Positions 1-11,477 of a DNA stretch of 64,000 bases are shown here, piece after piece. Location of the stretch: NCBI RefSeq assembly GCF_001194135.2, contig NC_068997.1, forward strand, positions 12,171,692 to 12,235,691, written 5' to 3'. Position 1 is the first letter of the stretch. Each line of letters starts with the position of its first letter. Position numbers and translations under genes: made by a program. Source of the DNA: Octopus bimaculoides. Its lineage: Eukaryota. The notes beneath the pieces are model-generated. The model saw only the letters and a list, made by a program, of their open reading frames with translations, did no database searches and was not told the origin of the DNA.

Positions 1-635
1 TATATATATATATATATATGTATGTATACATTGATGTATGTGTGCATGTGTGTGTGTCTAGAGGAAATTTGGCAAAATTAAAATAAAAAACATCAGATCT
101 CATATTTCTTATATTTTATATATTTTTGCATTTTTTTTTTCATTAATGTTTTTGTAGTGTTTTTGTCCGGATTTTAATGTCTTTCCGGTGTTTGTGATAT
201 ATTATATCTTAAGTAGCTAAGAAGCCTCTAGTTTTATTTTCATCTTCTTCAAGCAGGAAATGAGATTACAGCAAGATAGTGTAGAATTGTAAGTTTGATT
301 ATATTATCTGTTATATTCTGCTTCTTCTGACTATGGTCAAATAACACACGAACACATTGCCAGATGATCGCACGAATCAACTATTCAGGACAGAGTGTAT
401 CGTAAACGGAAGAGGTAAGATCAAATTAAGAACTCTTTATATCATGTGTAACACTCATTTTACTGTTCACAACTAAGTGGCTTACAAATAATTGGTGTGT
501 ACATAAGCCAACAAATATTGGCTGTATTTCAGTTTGTGAAACACATACTGAAAAGTGAATCATAGTTTAACATGCTGAAAGGCCTGGACTAGATAACATT
601 CTTGCAGATATATAATTTTGCAGATTATATGTTCT

Positions 636-833
636 TTTCTACTCTAGGTACATGGCTCGAAATTTTGGTCGATTAGATCGGCCGCAGTACGCAACTGGTA
701 CTTAATTTATCTATCCCCGAAAGGATGAAAGGCAAAGTCGACCTCGGCGGAATTTGAACTCAGAACGTAAAGACATGAAATACCGCTAAGCATTTCGCCT
801 GGCGTGCTTACGTTTCTGCCAGCTCAACGCCTT
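636..833 (-). mobile_element. tRNA-derived SINE, family A (downstream unit of a tandem dimer)
   Basis: Reverse complement matches the family recurring in this window: GGCAGAAACGT..AGCACGCC head, B-box-like GAGTTCAAATTCC, body GAGGTCGACTTTGCCTTTCATCCTTTCGGG, tail CCTAGAGTAGAAAAG. Confidence 0.9.
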
Positions 834-840
834 GAATAAC

Positions 841-1054
841 CTTTCCTACTCTAGGCACAAGGCCCGAAATTTTGGGGGAGGGAGCTAGTCGATTTGATCG
901 ACCCCAGTACGCAACTGGTACTTGATTTATCGACCCCGAAAAGATGAAAGGTAAAGTGGACATCGGCAGATTTTGAACTCAGAACGTGGTGACAGATAAA
1001 ATACCGCTAAGCATTTCACCCGGCGTGCTAACGATTCTGCCAGGTCGCCGCCTT
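841..1054 (-). mobile_element. tRNA-derived SINE, family A (upstream unit of the dimer)
   Basis: Full-length family A copy starting AAGGCGGCGACCTGGCAG. CAGATTATAT at 621-630 and 1055-1064 flanks the pair. Confidence 0.9.
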
Positions 1055-1149
1055 CAGATTATATATTCTACAATATTAATTGTATGATATTCAATAATAT
1101 AGATTGTAGAATTCTCTTTATCATAATCTTGTATTAGCCGTTTATTACA

Positions 1150-2345
1150 ACCTAAAGGACAATCTTCTAGATTTGGAGTTCACAAAATAGTAAGCCTACT
1201 CAATAACTTCTGTAAGCTGGACAGATTTCAAAAGACATGTCTCTCTCAGACTTTAAAATGTCTGACACAATATTTGTATCACTGCCAAAATATTCCTAAG
1301 CAACAAAATGTGAACTACACAGAACAATCATTCGTTGAAACCAAATGTCAAAAGTCTTAGAGCAATTCGTGGCACTCAGACACTAAAAAATAACCTTTGT
1401 GCTTCAAATCTATATTAAAAGCATATTGTAGACATTCTGCGAAACATCAATGAAAGTAGAATGAAAGCTCAAAACTTGTATTTTAGTTTCATTGGTTTTG
1501 ATATTACAAGTGTATCTGATATAGAAAACCGTGCAAAGACCATTAAAAATGTTAGTTTATATCAATCTTGACAGAAAGAACTTACGAATCAACGGAAACA
1601 TTTATTGGCAACAATCAACAATAATCAAAATTGGAAATTAAAGAATATATGAGAAGGCAAATAGTGAGTTACAGCAGAAGTGTTTTATCACAAAACCTGT
1701 TTTATTATACAAATAAATGCACAATCTATAATGCGTGTACCAGTTAGTGATAGGAGAGAAATTTATCAATAGTATTTGTTATGCAGATGACGTAGTCCTC
1801 ACAGCAACATTGCAGAAAGGACTACAGCTATTACTGCAAATGGTGAGAATAAAAAGATGGATTTGACGAGGACAGTCTCAAGAAAGTACCATCAATTTGC
1901 AACTTAAGTTTTAATGGAGCAATCATGAAATAAGTCGTTAGTTCTGAATATATGAAAACCTTCATTGTATCAGGTGGGAAAACATTGAAGAAAGTAAGTG
2001 GCGTTAAATATATATCGTCGGTTTTCAAAAGGAATTCCGGGAAAAAGAATTCCTGGAGATACACATAGAACCCATCGTTGCATATGGAGTTGGGTGGCTA
2101 GAAACATCAACAAACTCGGCAAAATCATATAAATGCTGCAAAGATATATTTCGTTAGAGGAATTCAGAATATGCCTTAAACTGATAGAGGAACAAAAGTT
2201 GACGTGCTTAGTCGAGCAGAAATCATCAGAAAATCCCTCAACAAAATAAGAAGGCCTTAGGTTAAGTTCATTGAAAGAACAAAGCTTTAGCGACAACCAG
2301 GACAACTGAAAGGAAGAAACCAAGAAAAGCAGAGAAAGAATATAT
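1150..2345 (+). mobile_element. Decayed RTE-type LINE, reverse transcriptase region
   Basis: SICYADDVVL with YADD at 1780-1791. Upstream FVSLPKYS*ATKCELHRTI and ILRNINESRMKAQNLYFSFI resemble RTE RT motifs; downstream IEPIVAYGVGW is RTE-like. Many stops and frameshifts. Confidence 0.8.
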
Positions 2346-2779
2346 ACGATCGCCTTACCAGTGAGCTACAGAAAGACCGGCCTGGTGATATGCTATATTG
2401 TGTGAAGAACTTTTAAAAGATGCTTACCCCATTTCAGCAGAATATTTCTAAATTAATTAGCGAAACATGTCGAAGCAGCTCCAAAAATAAGTAAATGAAT
2501 TAAGACTCAAAATGTAAAGTTAGATCTAAACATTGAAACCAGATATATGCACATATAATTTATGTGTATATACTTAGTAGAAGTCACTCTCTAAAATGTT
2601 CCGTTAGTTTATATAGGAAAATTATTTTTTTTTAAAATTGACTACAGAAATAGAAGACAGAAAAATCAGGCACTGAACAGAATACCAGAGACAAGATTAT
2701 AAGTATGATTAAATCAGTCGTTCCAGCCATAAACTACATGTTCGTTATAACTAATTGGAAGTGAAGTGAAGAGTCTAGA

Positions 2780-3345
2780 TAGTAAAACATGAAAACCACT
2801 CACCAAATTATGAAGTCACTATCTTAAAGCTTTGACCAGGATCTAACTACCATGTGCAAAGCGTGGAGAAGGATTGATAAAGCATGAAAGCTATTAAAAA
2901 ATTAAGGCAGATGTTTTAGAAGTTTGATTAAAAGCAAATAAATGTTGAATAAATTGGAGTGAATTGGAATCCAAGCATGATTAAGGAAAATTATGAAGCT
3001 ATCACTGGAAAACATAGACAGAGAAAGAACCTGTAGCACAATGTATTTCTAGAAAATATAAGATAGTTATCGAAACATAAAGTATTCGTCAATATAGATA
3101 ACCAAAATATTGTGTTGAAAGCCTAAACACTCTCAATAATTAACGTTCCTTCAAAATGATTATAAACGATGCTGACAAGCATCTAACATGAATCCCCAAT
3201 TCTTGTTCATATAAAAAGCATACAGAAAGTAACACTATTCTGATCCAAGAATAGTTTATTTTCAATATTGTTGCTAAAGACCCAGAATATAAGGGAGCAG
3301 GAAAAACACTTTTGAACGTTTTGCAATATAAAAGGAAACGATAAA
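2780..3345 (-). pseudogene. Decayed coding sequence, copy 1 of a tandem pair; hydrophobic, possible multi-pass membrane protein of unknown family
   Basis: Reads RIVLLSVCFLYEQELGIHVRCLSASFIIILK / NILVIYIDEYF / SSDSFIIFL. Homologous to 3880-4350 at an offset of about 1.1 kb with mostly synonymous differences. Contains stops and frameshifts. Boundaries approximate. Confidence 0.5.
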
Positions 3346-3394
3346 TTTCAATTTAGATAGCCTGGAAATTTTGAGAAACATGCTAGATAAAAAG

Positions 3395-3512
3395 TGAATG
3401 GTAGCGCCGTTGAAATGTTGAATAAAATACTTCGAGGCTTTTGTTCCGACCCTGCACTGTGTTCAAATCTCGCGGAAGTCAATTTTGTCCCTCATGCTTG
3501 TCGATAAAAAAG
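3395..3512 (+). mobile_element. Degenerate SINE family A fragment between the two pseudogene-like copies
   Basis: AAAATACTTCGAGGC..GTGTTCAAATCTCGCGGAAGTCAATTTTGTCCCTCAT..GTCGATAAAA aligns loosely to the family A core. Confidence 0.55.
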
Positions 3513-3529
3513 AACGCAAAATTGAGACG

Positions 3530-4440
3530 CTACATTGTCAGAACTGCTACACTATCGGATAAGGTGTCGTACGGTATCTGTTCTGTTCTTTGCGTTCTGA
3601 CAAAGACAGTACCATGTTGTATTGACCTACGTTGACGATATATCCCTTGGATAAACATCGATATCGGGGGAGAGCGGAGAATTGCATGCATGGGTAACTG
3701 ATAGTCTTTGCCAAAATGTTTTTCCAAGGCATGTGCATACATTTGGAAGTGCATTGTAAAACTTGACTGTTGGAAGGCTCTGCATAAAATATATTGTTAA
3801 ACATTCTAAGTTAAAAACAGATTAAATCAAGAAAACATCATCTTTGTGATTAGAATCCTGCAGGACTATCCATTAGAAAATGTGTAATTTCTAGTAATCA
3901 AACTGGATAATAAACGATAGATATATTCTTCAAATCTGACAGCTAACGATTTCAAAGCCACGTTACTCAAATCCATGCCTGTCCAAACAGTTGATGAGAT
4001 TAACAAAAACTGTCCTTGTGTTGTAATCAAAGCTAGAAAGGAAATTTTGTTTGGAGACATCCAAAGATAAAGGGAAATTACCAAACTATCACTGACAAGT
4101 ACAAACAGGAAAATAATTTGTATTACTGCTAACACGCGATAACATATTACTAGAAAGATAAATAGGAAAACTATCCATATACAAAGTAGCTGTCAATAGA
4201 AATAACCAGAACATTGAGTGATAAAAATACGAACAATCTTCGTAATAGCAGTGACTTGAGAATGATTAAAAATGATGCAGACAAACATAACCAGGATTCC
4301 AATTTTTTTATACATATATAAAACATACTGAAAATAATATTACTATACACTGCACTAAAGTATTTTAAATGCAACGAAAAATATAAAATGAGAATAAAAC
4401 AAAACACTGTACTTGAGATGGCACACAGAGCTACTTTTTT
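3530..4440 (-). pseudogene. Decayed coding sequence, copy 2 of a tandem pair; hydrophobic, possible multi-pass membrane protein of unknown family
   Basis: ORF pieces 4171-4407, 3866-4135 and 3530-3754 give ILFSVCFIY / CLSASFLIILK / NVLVISIDSYF / WIVFLFIFLVI / VSDSLVISLYLW. Frameshifts are needed to join them; homology to copy 1 is evident only for about 3880-4350. Confidence 0.5.
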
Positions 4441-4494
4441 TTAGTCCTTAGTTACGTACATTGTGTAAATGCACGCAATGAAATGACGACTACA

Positions 4495-4515
4495 ACTACT
4501 ACTAATAGTAATAAC

Positions 4516-4568
<53 letters not shown>

Positions 4569-4575
4569 CAACAGT
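4495..4575. repeat. (AAT)n microsatellite
   Basis: Direct reading of AATAATAAT with ACT/AAC variants at the edges. Confidence 0.95.
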
Positions 4576-5199
4576 AATCCAGAATTAGTGTTTGTTGTTA
4601 TTTTTTGTATGTCTTAAATTTCATTTTTGAAGTTAGATATTGTTACGTGAGACTTGCTGGTACCTGCGGCATTAGGAACGATAGAAAAATACACAGGAAA
4701 CCAAAAATTAAAATATGACACAATGGAACTTTTAAAAAATACATTAGAGTATTATTATAATATGGCTAACAGCACATCACTTTGTTTAATTCCCCAACTG
4801 GTTCTTCTTTGTGTAGTTGAGACATCGATTTCATTAGAGTCTCAAAAAAACTGAAGAGCTGTGATGCATACGACTTGCGATAGTTGAAATAATTTGCTAA
4901 TGTAAGAACTGCGCTGTGTCAAATATTCTATAGACTATCAATAAAATGCTTCGGGCTTTTTACATATGTGAGTATACATATATATATGTTCGTGCATGCT
5001 GTGTGTCTTTGTGTATATGGGTTTGTGTGTATGTATGTGTATGTGAATATTTATTTATATGTGTGTGCGCGCATGCCTGTACGTGTGTATGAGTTTCGTA
5101 TATGGGTGTTTTGCTTATGCAGTGACACGAAGAAAGAATCTTCCTGGGGGAAAGTACTAGATTAGACTTTACTTAATACACATATACATGCATATATAT

Positions 5200-5790
<591 letters not shown>

Positions 5791-6149
5791 ATATGCTTGC
5801 ATATGTTTCTTTCTCTCAGTTTTCAAACATTTGCACACATACCTATATACGAACATGCACATTAGCATACCGCCACACACGTATTCATACACTCGTTCAA
5901 TGATTTGTGCTCACCATCAAAAACCAAAAACGAATTTAAAAAACAAATAAATGAAAAGTGCTTTTATTGATTAAATACCTAATAGTAAGTAAGGATATCA
6001 AGGGAGAATTTTCTCTTTAAATTATCCACTATTTTGAAGGAGAATGAAAAATATTTCTTTAAGAGAACACACCATAATAATTTAACACCGAGCGTCGAAT
6101 CTTCCAAAATTCTATATAATATTAAATATATATATATAGTCTATTGTAC

Positions 6150-6366
6150 CAGTCTGATATTTAGAAGTCCTCAATTGTTCAACTGCCTACTTGAAGAAAT
6201 AAGAAATATAAAAGGGACCTCCACTGAAACATTAAAAAAGACATTAGAGAAACTTTTATCGATGATACCTGGCCATCCCACCACTCAAGTACGGACTCGG
6301 GGAAGATCCGGTGCGACAAACACAATTATGGAGCAGTTTCCAGCCATAAATCGACAACATAACTGA
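6150..6366 (+). mobile_element. 3' fragment of a non-LTR retrotransposon ORF2
   Basis: SPQLFNCLLEEIRNIKGTSTETLKKTLEKLLSMIPGHP resembles the PQLFNxLPxxIRN...FKxxLDxFLxxVPDEP C-terminus of invertebrate LINE ORF2 proteins. Clade not assigned. Confidence 0.65.
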
Positions 6367-6439
6367 AAGAAAATAATTTAAGTAGGTACTCCAGCATGGA
6401 CGCAGTCCTACGACTGAAACCAGGTAAAAACAGGTAAAA

Positions 6440-7115
6440 AGAAAAAGAAGAAAAGAAAAAATGGGAGACGGTCGGCGGAAGTCACTGCGCCGCCAACCGA
6501 ACCCGGGTCCCTCCGGTGGGAAGTGTGCCACCGGAGAGGAAGACTCTGTCAGCGCGAATTGTGCAGCTGACAGAGTGGTGTGACGCCCCTTCCAGTGAGG
6601 ATAATGATTTTTATATTATCCTGTACCATGAGGGAGGGATTGTGAATGAGTTCTTGGACCGCGAGTGCGGCCAAGATAGGAACTACTCGGAGTGTGCGAG
6701 TAGTTCCACATGGCCTCCGCATAGAAGAATGTAACCAGAAGGATTTCTTCTACCTCTCTGCAAATTCAAGCCTAACAATGGTCACTTGTTTGTCAGGGGC
6801 AGCATATCTGCTTCCGGAGGGGTGGAGTGATGAAAATTTGAAGAATTTTTAAAATATTGAAATTGTGTAAAATTTGTAATATTAATAGTGTAAGAGGTTT
6901 ACAACCTCATAAGTGTTCTTTAAAGGAAAAAAAAAAGAACAATGTTTTCGAGGGGTTATCAGTCGGCGGGCGCTGGTGCCTCTCTCATTATTTGTTTCAT
7001 CCTTATCATCCTCATCTCATTAATGTCCATTTCCAGCTCGCAGCTACTTTATGTTTGTCTGTCTTTGTTTGTCCCCTCTATGTAACGCCGCTAATGGCGA
7101 ATTTATTGAAATAAA
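6440..7115 (+). mobile_element. GC-richer decayed element, possibly an internally deleted L1/Tx1-like LINE
   Basis: Abrupt GC rise; broken frames GSVPPERKTLSARIVQL and GTTRSVRVVPHGLRIEE. The 3' end TTTGTCTGTCTTTGTTTGTCCCCTCTATGT..GAAATAAA resembles the alternative SINE tail at 61850-61915. Family assignment is tentative. Confidence 0.3.
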
Positions 7116-7116
7116 G

Positions 7117-7424
7117 TAGCTTGCTTCCCAATCACATGCTCCGGGTTCAGTTCCACTGCGTGGCATCTTGGGTAAGTGTCTTCTACTATAGCCTCGGACT
7201 AACCAAAGCCTTGTGAGTGGATTTAGTAGATGGAAACTTGAAGGAGACCGTCGCTTGACAACCGATCTTGATATGTTAACATCCCCGTAACTTAGCGGTT
7301 CGGCAAAAGATGGTCGATAGAATAAGTACTAGGCTTACAAAGAATAAGTCCCGGGATCGATTTGTTCGAGCAAAAGCGGTGTTCCAGCATGGCCGCAGTC
7401 AAAATGACTGAACCGAGTAAAAGT
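7117..7424 (+). mobile_element. tRNA-derived SINE, family B (5' clipped, internal microsatellite absent)
   Basis: GCTTGCTTCCCAATCACATG..CCGGGTTCAGTTCCACTGCGTGGCATCTTGGGTAAGTGTCTTCTACTATAGCC head; CCCCGTAACTTAGCGGTTCGGCAAAAG..CAGCATGGCCGCAGTC..GACTGAA..GTAAAAG 3' half; related copies elsewhere in the window. Confidence 0.9.
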
Positions 7425-7862
7425 TACATACATACATGTATGTATGTTTGTATGTATGTATGTATGTATGTATGTATGTATGCATGTATGAATACATTAA
7501 GTATAAATGCGACGCCGAAAATAAACTGAAAATTCCAACATAAAGTCTTTCTTGAATAGAGAAGTAGGCACTTAATATTGTTTCTGGTGCTTAAACTTTT
7601 CTTTCGCTCTTTCACTGATTTCAGTCATTGACGTACGAGTTTGCCAGGACATAGGCAGAAATATATTTTTATTGTTTTCTGGTTTCATTTATTGGACGGA
7701 TGACATTTTGAGGAACGGCATTCAAGGGCGTTAGTTCGGTAATTATTTTATCGAACTCTCTGCACTGAGTCGCTAAGATACAGGACATTAAGAGAAACAA
7801 TACACCGTCAGTAAATATGTATACATTTATGGACATATAGATTTGTATTTATATATACTTGC

Positions 7863-7926
<64 letters not shown>

Positions 7927-7958
7927 ATATATAGAGAGAGAGAGAGAAAGAGAGATAA

Positions 7959-8001
<43 letters not shown>

Positions 8002-8278
8002 NNNNNNNNNNNNNNNNNNNNNNNNNNNNNNNNNNNNNNNNNNNNNNNNNNNNNNNNNNNNNNNNNNNNNNNNNNNNNNNNNNNNNNNNNNNNNNNNNNN
8101 NNNNNNNNNNNNNNNNNNNNNNNNNNNNNNNNNNNNNNNNNNNNNNNNNNNNNNNNNNNNNNNNNNNNNNNNNNNNNNNNNNNNNNNNGGATCGTATAGA
8201 GGTCAAGTTTATACCTCTGAAGTCGGTAAATAAAGTACTAGTCTAAAGTGATTCACTAGCGTAATTATTAAACCCTTC

Positions 8279-8477
8279 AAGGCGGCGAGCTAGCAGAACA
8301 GTTAACACGCTGGGCAAAATGCTTCGCAATATTTCGTATGTCTTTATGTTCTGAGTTCAAATTCCGCCGAGGTCGACTTTGCCATTCATCCTTTCGGGGT
8401 CGATAAATTAAGTGCCAGTTTTGTACTGGAATCGATCTTGTCGACTGGCCCCCTCCCAAAAATTTTAGAGTAGAAAA
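8279..8477 (+). mobile_element. SINE family A with target-site duplication
   Basis: AAGGCGGCGAGCTAGCAG head to GAGTAGAAAA tail. TSD TAATTATTAAA(C/T)CCT at 8262-8276 and 8478-8492. Confidence 0.92.
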
Positions 8478-9137
8478 TAATTATTAAATCCTGCGACAGA
8501 ATTCCGTGTGCAGTTTTATACTTTGAGTTCAAATCCTGACATATACAAATATACACCTTGGTTTGTATTTCTCATCTGTTTGTATGTGCCTGTTTTGAGA
8601 ATAACTTCTACTCACCTTTCCTGAAAGGGCCTCAAAAGCTTCAACACAAGCACGGAGGATAATCTTTCCGTGATGGCGCCATAGCCAAAAAGGGTAGAGT
8701 TAGAATGCCATAATACTTAAAGATTTGGTGAGTGAAGGATAAAAAGATAAAATTTAAGCGACTTTTTAGAAATAAGAAATACAGAAATGAAATACGATTT
8801 TCAAGAAAATATGTATTTAGAAATAAACGTTAAGTAGAGGAAAAAGGAAAGTAAAAAGAAGAACTGCGTCAACCAAAGATTATTTAGTATGAAAGCATTA
8901 ATAAAATATTCTTTATTTAGAATGACTGAATATTTTGATCAATAATGATAAATGAGTTCATAAGGATTCTTATGCATACGTTCATACGCTCACACACGTA
9001 AATAACTGCAGTCATGCAAGGAAAGAAATAGTATAATACATAGTTAAATAGACATACACATAATCATTAAGACAAACACGCGCTCACACGCATGCATGGA
9101 GTAGACCATACAGAAAAGTAAGTACATAAGTGTATGT

Positions 9138-10219
9138 GTGTCTGGTAGTGAGGAGATGTTTACTACGAGGAACGCGTCCATGAAGACCACACTGGTTCAA
9201 ATTTCGGTGAATCGTTTGAGCGGATGCACTCTTTCCACTAACAGAAGACACTTCTTGGTCCAAAGATAAAGCGGTTCGACGCCTGTCGTCCATCATGCAA
9301 CGTTGGATGTGGCGAATATCACGCGCAGATAAAATAGAAAGACGACCTAGACCAGGGGTTTTCAAACTGTGGTCCGCGGACCACAGGGTGTCCGAAAGGA
9401 CAAGACAGGTGGTCCGTGGACAGCAAATACTTTTTATGGGCAATTTGATTTTATATATGTTTTTTAATTGAAATCTTTTAATTGACAATAAACCTATTTG
9501 TTAAATACTGTTAAATAAATAAATGTAAAAATATAAGTTATTTTAAGCAAATATTTATGTATAAATTCCATAAGTGTTTATAAGGGGGTCCCTAAGGTAA
9601 AGCCTGAAAAATAAAGGGGTCCGTAAGTTAAAAAGTTTGAAAACCCCTGCCCTAGTCGATGTTTATTGCTTAGCCGTCCAATAGCTTTTTACTTCTGAAT
9701 TACGTTAGCAACTGTTTACACTATGTATTCGTTTGCTAATTAACTTGTATCCTAAACCATTCTTGTGCAAATTAAAAAGAATTTTCTTCAAATCTTCAGA
9801 CAATTCTTTTCTTTTTCGTGCAATTTTAATCACAATGAAAAAGATTTTAACCACGGTCCACAAATCAGAATTCCTGCCGATGCAATAACAATGACCAGTG
9901 CAAAAATGCCAGGAGAAATAATTTATTAGAATTGCAATTATCAGCAATATCTGAATTTAATTTTTTTTTAAAAAGTGGATAAAATATTGGATATAACAAA
10001 TTTCCTTTAGGGCTTACAAATTTTTGCAATGTTTGAAAAATCAATATTTTGTTCATATCTTTGAAAATGTTTATTGTTGCGTGTGCCAACTGTGTGTATT
10101 GTTTGCATGTATGATATATTTTATTCAGTATAAATTTCGTTTGATTTCCTTCAATATTATCAGAGTAATGTCAATTTTACTGAATTTTTTAGGGGTACAC
10201 ATACTTCTGTGAGATACTG
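9138..10219 (-). mobile_element. Tc1-family DNA transposon, 5' half (TIR plus HTH region), interrupted by a hAT MITE
   Basis: TA-CAGTATCTCACAGAAGTATGTGTACCCC terminus ending at 10219. Minus strand RKELSEDLKKILFNLHKNGLGYKLISK and GRLSILSARDIRHIQR..SAQTIHRNLNQCGLHGRVPRSKHLLTTRH are the Tc1 paired-like/HTH domain. Confidence 0.88.
9353..9649. mobile_element. hAT (Charlie-type) MITE nested in the Tc1
   Basis: Perfect 16-bp TIR CAGGGGTTTTCAAACT (9353-9368) and AGTTTGAAAACCCCTG (9634-9649). 8-bp TSD ACCTAGAC / CCCTAGTC with a CTAG core. Confidence 0.92.
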
Positions 10220-10283
<64 letters not shown>

Positions 10284-10372
10284 TGTATGAATATACATAC
10301 ATATATATATATATTCATATATATATATATACATGTATGTATATATATACATATATATATACACGTGTGTAT

Positions 10373-10412
<40 letters not shown>

Positions 10413-11380
10413 GTTCAAACAAGTAGACTAAAAGAGAGAACTCACTGATAAAATAACATCTAAATTTTTTATTAGAACTATAAAACTTCACGAATTATTA
10501 CTCCAAGTTTCTCGTTCTCGATCTTCGAGAGAAAATGAAGGAAATGGGAATATTTCAATGATATTTAAAGGTTTCCATAATAAAAATCAAAGTAAATATC
10601 TGATATTGACTGAATATAGCTTGTCCATAACTCTAGAAAATGAAAGGATATTTCGTATAACACTACACAAATATTAACATCTCATAATTTACATAAAAAT
10701 ATGCGTAAATATATATTATAAAAATATGAGAAAGGTGATGGGGGGAAAAGTGAAAAAGGAAGCGAAAGTGGGGAAACGAGAGCGGAGATGGGATGGAGGA
10801 GGAGAATGTAGAAGAGAAAATCAAGCGAAGAGAAGAATTTGAGGGGCGATGTAGGCGATTAGGAAAAAAAAAAAAAAAGGAAAAGTGAACGGGAGTGAAA
10901 TGTAGAAAGAGAAAAAGAATAGGTGAATGAGAATGAGGCGAAGGAAGAGGAGAAAGATGTTGAAAAGGAGAGTAAATAAGAGTTACAGAAAAACAAGAAA
11001 ATTCGAAGAAGTGGAAGAAGAAAGAAAAACTCTAAAAAAAAAATCAGGTTTTCGTGAGCATATAAACACGTAGAATATAAACATAAAGGAAATGCATAAG
11101 AAATGCATTAAAAAAACAATATTACAGACATTACCAAGCATATATGTGAAAAAAAAAAAACGCATAAGTAATACATTCGACTGAAATAAACATTGACGAA
11201 AATATATGCGTTAAAATGGTCAACAAAATGCGCTAAAATAAATCGTTATAATGTAAATAGATCTAGCTATACACATACATTTATACACGCTCTCATACAT
11301 AAATGAATATATGCATGTATGTTGTTAGGCATGCATGTATGTATGCATACACACGTATATGTAAATATATAAATATATAA

Positions 11381-11437
<57 letters not shown>

Positions 11438-11442
11438 CACAT

Positions 11443-11477
<35 letters not shown>

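Noticed and set aside
260-414. Possible small exons 260-291 (EMRLQQDSVE) and 364-414 (DRTNQLFRTECIVNGR, AG|GTAAGA donor)
   Set aside because: Phases are incompatible with each other, the second acceptor lacks a pyrimidine tract, and no homology is recognised.
4640-4760. VPAALGTIEKY resembling the GALG end of R4/Dong-type LINEs next to (AAT)n
   Set aside because: Match is too short to support a call.
8616-8720. Minus-strand AAAG|GTGAGT donor with frame FGYGAITER (K-channel GYG-like)
   Set aside because: No TT(I/V)GYG context or flanking TM helices, weak acceptor, no partner exons.
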